From NCBI GenBank assembly GCA_904063045.1, contig CAJFCJ010000019.1, forward strand, positions 730,691 to 794,690: DNA of 64,000 nt. Reading direction: 5' to 3'. Numbering within the stretch: position 1 is the first letter of the stretch; the number at the start of each line of letters is the position of its first letter. Positions 1 to 12,100 of this stretch are shown piece by piece. The stretch is from Dimorphilus gyrociliatus (lineage: Eukaryota > Animalia > Annelida). The notes beneath the pieces were generated by a model. The model worked only from the letters and a program-made list of their open reading frames with translations. It did not search any database and was not told the DNA's origin. The position numbers were made by a program, and so were the translations under genes.

Positions 1-15
1 AAAGTGAATGCTTTA

Positions 16-1668
16 CAGCCGCGGTCAAAAATGTTTATACATGAAAAAAAAGAAAATATTTTTTTTAAAAACTCATTTTTCTCTAATTTTGAGAAATAAA
101 ATTATTTTTCTTAAATAGAATGATGTTGTTTAAAGGGTATTTTATGTAATTTCATACAACATTTGTTTTTTTCAGCTTTTAAAAGTACTTTTTTTTTTTA
201 ATTTTAGACAACAAGTGCTTTTTGCAATTAAATTATATAATTTAAAAATGGCCATAAATATCTATAAAAACATGTTTTTTGTCTAAATAGTTTTTAGAAC
301 ATTTGAATTTAGAACAAATCTGACTCCGCAGATAATTACTTACATTTCTTTGTCAAAATGAAATATCATTCTCAAATTAGAGAGCTAGCAAGGGCGAAAA
401 AAGCTGAAATGACCTATAAAGAACTTGAGGCGGACTTAAATATCCCAAATTCTTCACTCCAGTATATCTGTGAGAACAAAAGAGCAGGAAAACCTGACAA
501 AAGGGGAAGACCATCCAAAGCCAGTGAAAGACTGAAGTCACTAATTAAAAGAGAATGCATAAGATTACAGGAAAAAAGAGAGTTGGCAACTGCTAAAAAA
601 ATTAAGGATAACTTAAGCCTGGATCTTTCTGAAAGAACCATTAGAAGGATTCTAAATAAAAATGGAGCAAAGTATCTGCCCATTTTGAAGGTATGCCCTT
701 TGTCAGCAAGAGCAAAAACCACACGATTAAATATACTGGGTGGATGGATTCAGAGCCAAGTTGAATATAAAAATGTGGTCTTCACAGATGAGTCCAGGTT
801 TTCGCTGGATGGTCCCGATCATCTGTTAACCTGGCAGCTCAATGACAGGCCAAGGCTCTTTAGAGATAAGCTTCCAGTTGGTGGAGGAGGAGTGATGGTG
901 TGGGGGTGTATATCCTCAGATGGTGAAGTTTTTATCCAAAGACTTCCCTCCAACATCTCTGGAGAGATTTATGCCGAATTTCTTCAGGGAACAGTTTTCC
1001 CAATTTTGAGGGAAAAATTTGGAGAAAACTTCACCTTTCAGCAGGATAATGCACCCCCACACACTGCCAGAGTAACAATGGATATCCTGGAGGAGAATGG
1101 AATTCAAGTCCTTGATTGGCCTCCATACTCTCCAGACCTCAACCCCATAGAGAATTTGTGGGGTTATTTAAAAATTAAAGTGTATGAAATTCAAACAACA
1201 AAAACCCTTGACCATTTATGGGACAGGATACAGGAAGAGGTGGACAAAATCAATACAAGCAATAGAGATTTTGTGAAAAATTTATATAGAGGAATCGGGG
1301 AGAGAGTTTGGCAAGTTATTATCAATAAAGGAAACAGAATTAAAAAGTAGTTTTTAGACTGAGACAAAACGCAAAAATTTAGAAAAAAAACCTTGACAAA
1401 CTATGTAATTAAATTTATATAAATATTTTTGGCCATTTTTTTTGGGACTATTTTTAATGATAAATAAACATAGAATTAAAAAACATTCTTTTTTTTATAT
1501 AAGAATATTTTTTTCAGTAAACTAAATCCATTTTCTGGTTTATAACATATTCTTCAACAAATATTTAAAAAAAGAACAAACAATTTTGTTGAAGAAATCC
1601 AAAAAAAAATTATTTTATAGAAAAAAAATATTTTTTTTTTCATGTATAGATATTTATGACCGCGGCTG
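16..1668 (+). mobile_element. Full-length Tc1/mariner DNA transposon (1653 bp), IR/DR-type ends, TA target-site duplication
   Basis: Both ends read CAGCCGCGGTCA (16-27; reverse complement at 1657-1668) with about 50 bp of imperfect inverted repeat. TA flanks both sides (14-15, 1669-1670). Encloses an intact transposase ORF. Confidence 0.95.
358..1350 (+). CDS. Tc1-family transposase (DD34E), 330 aa, uninterrupted
   Basis: Motifs VVFTDESRF, GVMVWGCIS, FQQDNAPPH and WPPYSPDLNPIENLW. 34 residues lie between the second D and the E. N-terminal HTH-like region with GRP motif (KRGRPSK). Confidence 0.95.
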   Translation: MKYHSQIRELARAKKAEMTYKELEADLNIPNSSLQYICENKRAGKPDKRGRPSKASERLKSLIKRECIRLQEKRELATAKKIKDNLSLDLSERTIRRILNKNGAKYLPILKVCPLSARAKTTRLNILGGWIQSQVEYKNVVFTDESRFSLDGPDHLLTWQLNDRPRLFRDKLPVGGGGVMVWGCISSDGEVFIQRLPSNISGEIYAEFLQGTVFPILREKFGENFTFQQDNAPPHTARVTMDILEENGIQVLDWPPYSPDLNPIENLWGYLKIKVYEIQTTKTLDHLWDRIQEEVDKINTSNRDFVKNLYRGIGERVWQVIINKGNRIKK

Positions 1669-2406
1669 TATATATAATTGCATTATCTATAAATAGTATT
1701 GTGGAAAGAGGAGCGCGAGAGAGTGGGGAGGGGGGTTAGGGAAGGGGAAAACGTATCGCAATATAATAGGATTAAGACCGAAGGTATTTTCAGTAATGAT
1801 CAAGAGAAATCTACTAAAGAAACAGTCGAAGGAAGCTTTTTTTTTTATAAAAAAAAAACTGTATATAATTATATTAGCTCGTGTTAGGACAAAGGTAAAA
1901 TAAACATAAAAAAGTAGGAAGGATAAACATCAAGGTTTTTTAGGAGAGAGAATCTTTTGTAATAGAAATAAGTTTATACGCACTCGAGCGAAAGAACACA
2001 AATAATTCTTTAATTTACTCTGCGCATCAATAATAAAGTAGCTTTGAAAAAGAAAACATATATAGTGATTATATACGGTATATATATATATATATATCGT
2101 TCATATACCATTTATATAATTACTATTTATATATAATATTCCTTCTTCTCTTTTTAGCTTATGTTTATTCTTCTCTTCTACTAGTTTTTAGTATACGAGA
2201 ATTCGTATCGAAAGAAAATTGCGCAATAATTGGAAGTATTGTTTAACTAAAAGAATTGTTTAAGTAGCTTCTTAAAAGTTTAAAAAGTTATCCTAGCAGT
2301 CATTAGAGATGGCGATAGTATAGATATTAGCGAGAGATAAACGCCTAGAAATTGGACGGCTGCCAACCGAACTAAGATTCTTCGGACGGTGTGGCAGCAC
2401 TTTTTT

Positions 2407-2417
2407 CAAAATGGCGG
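2407..2417 (+). promoter_or_regulatory. YY1-like promoter motif CAAAATGGCGG; candidate upstream promoter / non-coding first exon of the SORBS gene
   Basis: Matches the AANATGGCG core in a locally GC-richer island (about 2330-2490) that is followed by a donor-like GAAG|GTTAGT near 2490. The link to SORBS is inferred. Confidence 0.35.
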
Positions 2418-3172
2418 ATAAAGTCGGCTGGCGCCTTTCGTATGAGAGCTTCTTTCGACGCCCGATCTACAATTAGAACTAGTTACGAAGGTTAGTGATT
2501 TCGGAGTAAAAGAATCTGTAATAGCTGTGCAATAAAGGGATTTTTTGTAAAGATTATTCAAATCAATATTCTCCCAGTTGCGACGGAATCTATGAGATTG
2601 ATTTGCCCTTGATAGCCAAGTTTGTTTTGATTGTCAAACTATTTGGTTAGGTTGGTTTTATAGAGATTCTATTTATATTCTTTTAGAGGACAATAAAGAG
2701 TAGTTTTGTCATTTAATAAACTTGCAATTTAAACTTATATTTCCAAGTAGTGTTTGATTTTTTGGAGTGATTAACCGCATCTAACTTCAGATATCTCTAT
2801 ATGTATTTGTATGTGTGTGTGTGTATGTGTGTGTGAGTATGTCTGTGTATGTACGTGTGTATGTGTATGTATGTTTATATAAGATCGTCTACGTACAACG
2901 TAGATATACTATGGGACAACAGAAGGCATCACGACAGCACAGTGAGATGAGCCGTTGTTAAGTGCGTTGACAAAAATCGATTTATATGATTTTCTCTCCT
3001 CTTTAAAGGAGTATTTAAAGAATATTTCGAATATTTAAAATTCTTAGAATTCCCCCATCTTCTAAAAATAGATATCCGTGAATTTTACTGTACGAAATCT
3101 CTCTATCTGCCCTGCCTTACACAGGCTAAATAAAAGCCGCATATAGGATAGAGAGATAGGCGGCTATGATGA

Positions 3173-3203
<31 letters not shown>

Positions 3204-5851
3204 TCTGTATATATAAAAGTTGTCTAAGAAATTGAAAAGGCTGAAGAGATATATAAACCGTTTTTATAGCTATTGATTGGCAGGGTATTCGAAAGTGTGT
3301 AAATTATTTAGACAGAAGTATACGTTCCATTCTTTGTATAAAAGGAAAGATCAGGGCAATAAAAGATAGGTTTCACTCAGACTCAAGTAGTTTCCTTTTT
3401 TATATTTAATTCTAAGTCTGTATTGCAAGTAGTTAAGTCGGATTATATATCTCTTTCTTTGCTGTAGTAATTTGTCGAGAAGACCCGTCAAGTATTTATT
3501 CAGTAGTATATAATCGATATGAATAAGGAAGGTATATGCTAAAATATCTATCTATACTGTATATACAGTATATATATACATATGTATATATATATATTCT
3601 CATCCTACTTATATAATTCGAAACGGAAGAGTTTGTCGGCCGTCTGTATCTAATTGAAAGATATATTTCTAACTCGTTTTTCTTCGCCTTTCTATTACCT
3701 GTAGAACGTTTTTCTTTTCCTATCTTTTTTACTGTTCTTTTTTTTTTTAAATTCTAAATTCCATTCTCAACGTGTTTTTTACATTACTAGTATTCACATT
3801 TTTCTACAAAGTATTGTTCCTTTTCTATTAACTCTGCTCCTATAGATTGAATAGCTTTTTCTTTGTATAACCTGACCGAATTAGGCTATCGTCGACTTTA
3901 TTACCTTTATCTCAACTCTAATCCACATTTATTTACAGTGTAGGCTAGCACTTAACCCATCATATCATCGGCCTATCGTTCAGATAAGGTGGAATCTTTA
4001 ATTCCGTATAGGCGATAATAGGAGGTGTTTTGTAAATATTCCAACGTTCTTTTTAAAGGCGGGAAAAAAAACATTTATACCTAAATTGACTAAGTTTTTT
4101 AGGCCAAGTAGGGTAAGCAACGTGGGGGCTTTGCAACTAATTTCACATTTGGTTTTTGTTTACTATGCTCGTCTTATAGCTTATTTGATGTTTTGTGTTT
4201 GTGCTTGAATGTTTTGATTGAAAGAGAATTGATTCCTAGCAACATTTTATATTTAGCTTATCATTAAGTATATTTATTGGTAATTTATTAACATATATAC
4301 TTGTAATAAACCACTCTAAAACGCTGTATTAGCATCTGAAAAAGTTATAAGTATAAGACAGATGGTCACGCCACCTGTTCGTTATTTTTGAAATCATAAT
4401 GAACGGATCATTTATCACCACTTGTCGTTAAATCGGTGAGACGAACTGGTTGAGAAAAGAACTTTTTAAAATATGTCGAAGCAAAAATAGAAAAAAAAAA
4501 GATTAAGGAGAGTTTATGAAAGCTCAAAAAGAAAGAGCCATAGGGGGATAAAAATGAGGAAATTCGGCTATCGAAGCCTTCGGCCCGCCTGTAAAAATAC
4601 TTTGCATCGTACTTTCAGTGGCGCTATCTATAAGCAAACCTTATCGGAAAAAGTATGTGTGAATGTTAATGAAAGACAAACACTGACTATAAATCATCTT
4701 TCTTTTCTGCCTTTCACACTCTACTTTTTACTTTTACTTTATCCTTTCGAAGGCGTGTACTTTCCGTGTAAGACGTTAAAATGTTTCCCTCTGATCTGTT
4801 TTGTTTAACCACGCCTTCCTGTGAATGCTTATTGTGCCAAGTGGCTTACAGTCAGGAAGCTGCAACGTTGCCGAATTCTTTTTTTGAATAAACTAGTGCC
4901 TAGAAAGGCGGCGTTGTTGGCTATACTCTGTAATCTTATCCTGATTTATTTTAAAGACTTTACCTATTTTCTTCAAAGAATGTATGTATCGCTTTCTTTA
5001 TGGTGCATCGATTTATATATAAATCTTTGTGTAGATAAATATGTATATACTATATCTTAAATAATGGTCAATCAATCATCTATAAAAAGAAACATAGACA
5101 ATATATATATATATATATATATTATTTTTATATCTCGTATTTGTTTGTATAAAAATAGACGTTATGAAAAATAATCATATCACCTATTTATCTTTCTTTT
5201 TCTTTTTCAAAATTTAGCTTGAAAAATAATTCTCCAAAGAAGAAGAACTTGCGGATGAGTGCATTCATTTAAGAAAAAAACTTTTTCTTCAAAAGAAAAC
5301 TTACATTCGTTCGAGAATCAAACTTTTTTTTTTTTATTCGAAAATAAAAGAAAACAGGAAACATTTATTAAAAGATTTTATTATTTAAGAAGAAGAAGTT
5401 ATAAAACTAACAAGTCAAAACGGAGAGCTTTAATCAAAGGTAAGGAAAAACAGAAACGCATACTTTTTTTTCTTAGTATTAGGTAAATTGACCTTAGACG
5501 TATACGCTGGAATTTTTAGTTAAAACAATCGTATTTATCAAAACGTGTTATAGCCTACCTTAGTAACTGAGTAGTATTGAAAAGGCTTTAGGTATATAGT
5601 GTACTTGGTGGATAAATTTTAAGTAGATATATATATATATATATATACATGTATTTATATATGTATATATACATGTATATATATAAACTGTACCCTATAT
5701 AATAATCCCATAAATAAGCTCCTAATTGATATAATATGTACGTGTATATCCATATAAGTATCTACGTATGAACGTTTTAATATTAGTCAAATTTTACTCA
5801 TAATCATTTTTTTTTAATTATTCATTTTTCATTCGTCATTGGAATAAACAG

Positions 5852-5919
5852 ACAACACTGGTTCGCCGGTCCGCGAAAGGGCGACCATAACAGGTTCGAT
5901 TCACCCGCTGATTTTCGAG
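5852..5919 (+). other. Candidate upstream (5'UTR or coding) exon of SORBS
   Basis: GC-rich 68-nt block bounded by aaacag| and |gtaact. It is open in the frame that continues into the exon starting at 6053. Confidence 0.4.
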
Positions 5920-6123
5920 GTAACTTTTTATTAATTTTATAAGAATATAACGGTTTTTTTGTAATATAAAGTTTAACAAATTGATATTTTCATCCTTTAT
6001 TTAATTTTTATATTTTTGGTTGTTTTGCTTTTCTTATTATCGGAAATTTCAGTATGCCCTGCTTTAGTCAGTTCGAACGCATTAGGAAGAGAGGCTGAAC
6101 GAGTTCTATTAGCCGATGATAAT

Positions 6124-9100
6124 ATGTCCTATAGTTCGGATACTGACTCTCAGCCAGGAAGTTACACTAGTAGGAGTCAATCTGATATACGACAAGCCAA
6201 CGTATGGTCGCCCACCGGTAGGATAAGATTTAAGCAGATAGAAAATATATTTATTTCAGTCACTTAAAATTCGGCTTAACATAAATAACACTACTACTTT
6301 TTTCCGAGTGCACATTTTTTTTTTCTTAGTGTTTTTTTTTTAAAAAAAAAACATTGTCTTTTTTTTTAATTCATTGTATCAAATTCTTTTACTTTTTATT
6401 GAGATTAATCATTTTTTTTTATAACAAGACTTTTTTATTTTTGCAATATCAACCTTTTAAGCTTAGCAACATATGTGTACTTAGGATTATGATATTTTGA
6501 ATAACCCTAAAAAAAAATAACCTATTTTTTTCAATATTATGATGAAGATTATCTAGCCTTTTTTTTTGTCTTTGATTAACTTTAGTACATAAAAGTTGTC
6601 TTGTAAATATTTCTCTTCTTAAACTTTTGAAGAAAAGAGGGTATTATAATTTTTTTTTTAAGCAGAAGATAACACTCACATTACGTCATTCACATTACAT
6701 TACTAGTATAAATCTGTCTGAAACGGATATGTTTTAGCCAAAGCCATTCCGCAATAATTTTTTACATCGGCCTGTATAAATAGCTAAATATTTATCATTC
6801 TTGGAGATCTTGTTTGTTATAGGCCTATAATAAATATTTGTCATTTTTTAAAAGTGTTGTATTAAACGGTTTGGGTCTCGTATGAGGGGGAATATATATA
6901 TATATATATAAACATATAGTCAGATAGATAAATATCTTTAGCTATAGTATTAAATTTATTAATTCCTTCTTTATCTTTATATCTTGGGTCTAATTATTTG
7001 ATGAGTATTTAAGTTTAGTGTAAATTTCATCATGATATTATTGAGGTCAAGAAAAAGAATTAATTGATTAGATTGGTTATGCAATTTCTTTTTTTTTATC
7101 GGCCTTGAAGGCAACTGAATAAATAAATTGAATTTTTTTAAACACATGGTACAAACGAATTAAAAGAGTAAAAGATTAAGAGAATGCAGCGACTTATAAG
7201 TTATTCAATATTTACAGATAGTTTACTTAATCTAGCTAAATTTTAAAATTAATACGGATCAATATGGATGGATGAACTACAAATTAAGCTCGTCTGCATC
7301 AGATATAGATTGATTGAATGTAGTCAAATTCGACCCTTAAATTATACCAGATTTCGTTGAAATTGCAGACTTAAAATTATCATAATCTCTTTACAGATAG
7401 ATGTAGAGTATTTGTGGTCTGTTTCGTTCTTATACAACTTGATTAGGTCTTGCAAGCTGGTACTTAAAATAAATATTGTTAGTGGTCTTCATAAGCAATA
7501 TTTATTCTCTAGATACAATTTCTCTATTAATATTAGTAGAACAAATATTGAAATTCTTGTAATTGTTGACTAATTAATGTTTTGATTGTTTTCAGGACAA
7601 CAAACACATATTAAGGGTTATAAACCAGTTAACTTCAATCCAGATTCTTACAACGATATGGAAGGAAGTAAGTCAATAGTTTATTGTAACTTGTTAAATC
7701 AGTGTTATAGTAGTAAAAAAAAGAAAAAATCGATTAGATATAGATATATTGTAAAATCAAATCTTTAGTAATAGACCTTTAATAATCGTGAGAAAAACAA
7801 AAAGTGGCGATGCTTTCCTTTAAAAAAAAAAGAAAAAAAAATGAGTCCGTTATTTTGTGGCTAGTATTTTTAAGGGTTGTATCGAAATTAAAACAGACCA
7901 GTTTTCGTCACCAATCATGTCACCATCGCCATCGTCAATGGCATCACCGGTGGCTTTTCCTACAACGGCTTTGCATATTGATACATCCACTCCTCCGCGA
8001 GTTACTTCTCCGGTTCTTTCACCAGCTCAAAGAAAATCCTTACTAGCTGGAGCATCACCTGGTGAAAGAATACCATTCTCAGTGCTTCAGCCTAATACAA
8101 AATTTAAGAATCCAGTCTCTCCTTTGGTCGATTCATCTTGGAGCGGACCTAAATCACCTAGACTTCAACGTGATGGACCCGGTTTTATTGAAACACTCCA
8201 AAAATCGGGAAAACCCGAAACGCCATACTTTCATAGACCAAGATCTGAAGAACAAAATCAACAATTAAATACGAATATATCACAACCATACAGAGAAATA
8301 GACAATCGGGCTCCCAACCCATTTAGCTCTCCTCTGACTTCCCAACAATCTCCCTCCTACAATTATAAAATGGGTAATTCAGTGACTGATCGGCCTTTAA
8401 AACAAAATCATGAAAAATTCATAAGAAAACCCGAACCCCAACCTCAGACATCGGTAAGATCGAATTCTTCGCACGAAAGACCAAAAGTGTTTGAAGCGAA
8501 ACCTTTTAGTAAAGAATTTTTTAATAGAATTGGCTCTAATTGTGTAAACGAAAGACCTTTAACACCAACAATGCCTTCTAATAAGCCTAGTTATGTTGTT
8601 CAACAAAAGCGACCGTTAACGCCAACTCTTAATTCGGACGGCGAATTGAAAATTAAGTACAATCATAGAGCTGGTGGTATAGAAGTTCAAGAAAGAGGCA
8701 AAGCACCAAAGAATTACGGAAATTACGTGAAATCTATGACTAGGTCTCAAGAAGAAGAAGAAGCAGAAGAAGAAGAAAAGCGTCATGTAAGGTTTTCTGA
8801 TGAAGATAGGAAAAAGATAAGTGATAAAGCTAGAAATGCTGCTTTTGAAAAAACGGGTTGGGTGAAACAATTAAGTCCAAGCGGTAAACCGTGTTGGAAG
8901 TTGGAACGAGATCTGGAAAACCAATCATCCTATTTACAAGACGATACAATAAGTCAAACGTTGGGTACGATCAGAAAGAAAACAGCTCAAGTAAAGGAGG
9001 ATTCGCACAAGAACGATTATATATTTAGAACTATAGAGAAAAATACGAGAAAGCACGAAGAACGTTTGGGGCAGAGATACAACGAGGAAGAGTTTATACC

Positions 9101-12100
9101 TAACATGGATAGACCTGGAAAAATAAGTTCACCCTTCCTGGAAAGTGGCTACTCTCCAACGTCTTACAGAAATTTTAATGCAGGAAAGAAGTTACGAGTA
9201 CCTTCTCCATTAAGTTTCCAGAGTATTGCTAATAGGCCAACGTCACCGGCAGACAGTGTTACGTCCGAACCAGCACTCGATAGCGTAAACAATCCTACAC
9301 GGATAAGTTTTCCTCGTAAAGGTCAAAACAAAGCGATTTCGAATCATAAATCATCTGTTCCTTGGGGTGAATTTTACTCAAAATATCAGCAAAAGGAATC
9401 AAATAGGGAGGAGGCTGGTTTAAGCAGGTTAATATCACCATCATTCAGGAAAGGCAATCATTTTGCTGATAGACAAGACAGAGACAGCCGCTCTCAAACA
9501 CCAGTCATTGATATAAAACCCTTAACAATCGGATCAAGATCTAGAACGGCGACACCGTCGCCCACCGCCACTCCGATCGCCAGCTCTGATATACCAAAAC
9601 CATCAGATCTTATCGATGCTATAAATAGCTTAACCTCCGAATGGAATCGTTGTTCAAGATATGCTGAGCACGATTCGAAAGTAACTAGTAAATACATGCT
9701 AGATTCGCCGTTATCGAGGTCGGGTAGGAAGGAAAAAAGTAGAAAGTTAACTATCCCAGGCCAGAGCTCGTTTGATAAGGTCATAAAAGGTGAGGCAAGG
9801 GTTTACCCCCTTACCTTCTTCCCTACCGACTTTGCTGTATATCTTACTTGCTTGATACTTGAGACTTTTCAGATGAAAATTTTTACTATTTAGATGAGCA
9901 TGAGCGCATGATAAAAAAAACTTGAACTGCATACAATATCACAATACTACCTCGAATAACAGACGCGTATGTTTAAGTGTGTTCTTGCTGTGAATTTACA
10001 ATAGTTTTTGCTATCACTAAAATCTGCTGTTATTCAACAGGTACTGAAAACCAATTCACTAAAAGGGATACGCTTGATAAAAGTAAGACTGTTATTTTTT
10101 TTTTATCTCTTTGTTAATACTAAACGGGATTTCAACTGTCATATATGATTTATTTTTGGGCGGGAAAGATTTCTTTTAAAAAGAGTATAGACCTCAAAAA
10201 GAAAAATTTTAACGAATTAATGTTATTGTATGTTAATATATCTATCTATCTAGTTATCTATATAACTTTATATATATATATATATCTACATATAGTATAG
10301 TTTATATAACGAGTGAAATATGCGATATATACAAGAAGGAATAGTATAAGAATGACTAACGTTTTAAGGGTAGCAACTAGTTCATCCAGTAGGTGACGTT
10401 GTAAATAGTTCTTGAAAATTAATGCTCCCTTCATTAGCTGCTTCTGTATTGAAGACTACAGTTATAAAACTACGCAAATTTTTAATTGCCCTGGGCCCTT
10501 TGAATAAGCTCAATAGAAATCATGTGATGTTTCCATACCCAGTATGATGAAGAAACTCAATATTAAATTTCCCGCAGGCAATATGAATATTCATTCAGCT
10601 CCATCATCACCCGCCAAGTACAAGGATGTTAACTCATCATTTAAACAATTCCGTAAAACGGAGGAGCCGTCGAAACAACGTCTCAAACTAACTCACTTGC
10701 AATCAACAACTCCAGAAATAGAACGACCGTCCAGTCCTGCAGTTTCCGCATCTGTTAGTAACTTATTTATATTTTTGACTTTTTTATTAGATATTTCCAT
10801 CAGTATACAAGCGTAATTTTTAACTTTCTTTCTAACGCACTTAAAAATATAGGTATCAAAGAAAGAAACTCCGGTAGTAGAACGGGAAAAGAATGATAAA
10901 GTACGGTTTAATTTTGGAAACGATTTCACCCGCTCTAACACATTACCGAAAACACAAAATCCAACAATAACACTTTTGCAAAAACGTAGAGGTAAGTTCG
11001 AATTAACATCTCATTATATTATTAATCAAATCTACGTATATATCCATCCAACCTAGTAAAACGCTATAAGATATAAGATATCAATAAAATTCTTATTGTA
11101 GAGTATTTTTAAAGTATATACATTCCTGTATAATACAGTATAAAATAAAAGTTTTAATTTAAGAAATCATTATATTATTTAACTCTTTATAATAAAAATA
11201 ATAAATAAATAAAAGACGAAAACGACCTGGATATTCCCTTCGGCGTGAAATTATTACAAGTATCCGGTGAGATTATTAAAAGTTGTACAGTGTTTTTTAA
11301 TTTTTACTTTTTTAATTTTCTACTTTCTTTATAAATTTATTAGAATATAGAAAATATTTTAATTTTTCTTATATTCTTCATTAAATAAACTATATAATAA
11401 GAAAGAAAGAGAAAAATTTAACTAATATCTTTATTGCTGTTGTTATTATTGCTGTATATTTAAAATATTTTTCAATTATTTTTGCTTTTCTTGTGTTTAA
11501 AATTCATTTTATTTTCATTTTTATTAGAATATAATATATGAACAAGTATTAATTGTAGACTGTGTATACGCTATACAATTTATAGTCTCTGTAAATGAGG
11601 CTATAAGAGAGTATGTTTTTTTTCTTTTTTTTTTTTGTGTGTTGTCTATTTCTATGTCATTTTCTTTCTACTATTAATAATACATAAATATATATATATT
11701 AGTATATATATATTTATTATATATATCTTTTCATTAATTATATTTGATTCTTTCAAACAGAGAGTCAAATTCCTCAAGGAGCTCAATATCTTGGTGAAAG
11801 GGAAACTTTAGACGGTGACAAAAAGGTTATTGACTCGTTTCACGTAGTACCTGGTTCAGATTTATCAAAGACTGATGAATTCAAGGTGAAAAATGACCTT
11901 AAGAGTCTTAGATCTCCTAAATCCGAATCGTTTGACGAAGAGTTTTTTGAGAAACGATCCAAGAACTTATCGAACGGTCATAGTTCTAGTCCAAAACGAC
12001 CGCCTTGGGAAAATGACGATTTACCTCGTACAACTTGGGCTGTAGACACCCGGGAAATTAAGTATATTGGACAAAAACCGCTTGATGAAAGTGGCTTACC

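Noticed and set aside
414-1107. Minus-strand ORFs inside the transposon
   Set aside because: Antisense shadows of the transposase with no recognisable motifs.
1687-1696. MEF2-like site CTATAAATAG upstream of the SORBS region
   Set aside because: Such A/T-rich matches are expected by chance in this composition; no independent support.
4554-5486. Short ORFs (79-84 aa and 75 aa) upstream of SORBS
   Set aside because: Low-complexity F/K/L/I-rich translations typical of AT-rich non-coding DNA; no domain or consistent splice phase.
5859-5910. tRNA/SINE-like B-box (GGTTCGATTC) with a small hairpin
   Set aside because: No cloverleaf, anticodon arm or A-box could be built. The block has splice sites on both sides and is better explained as an exon.
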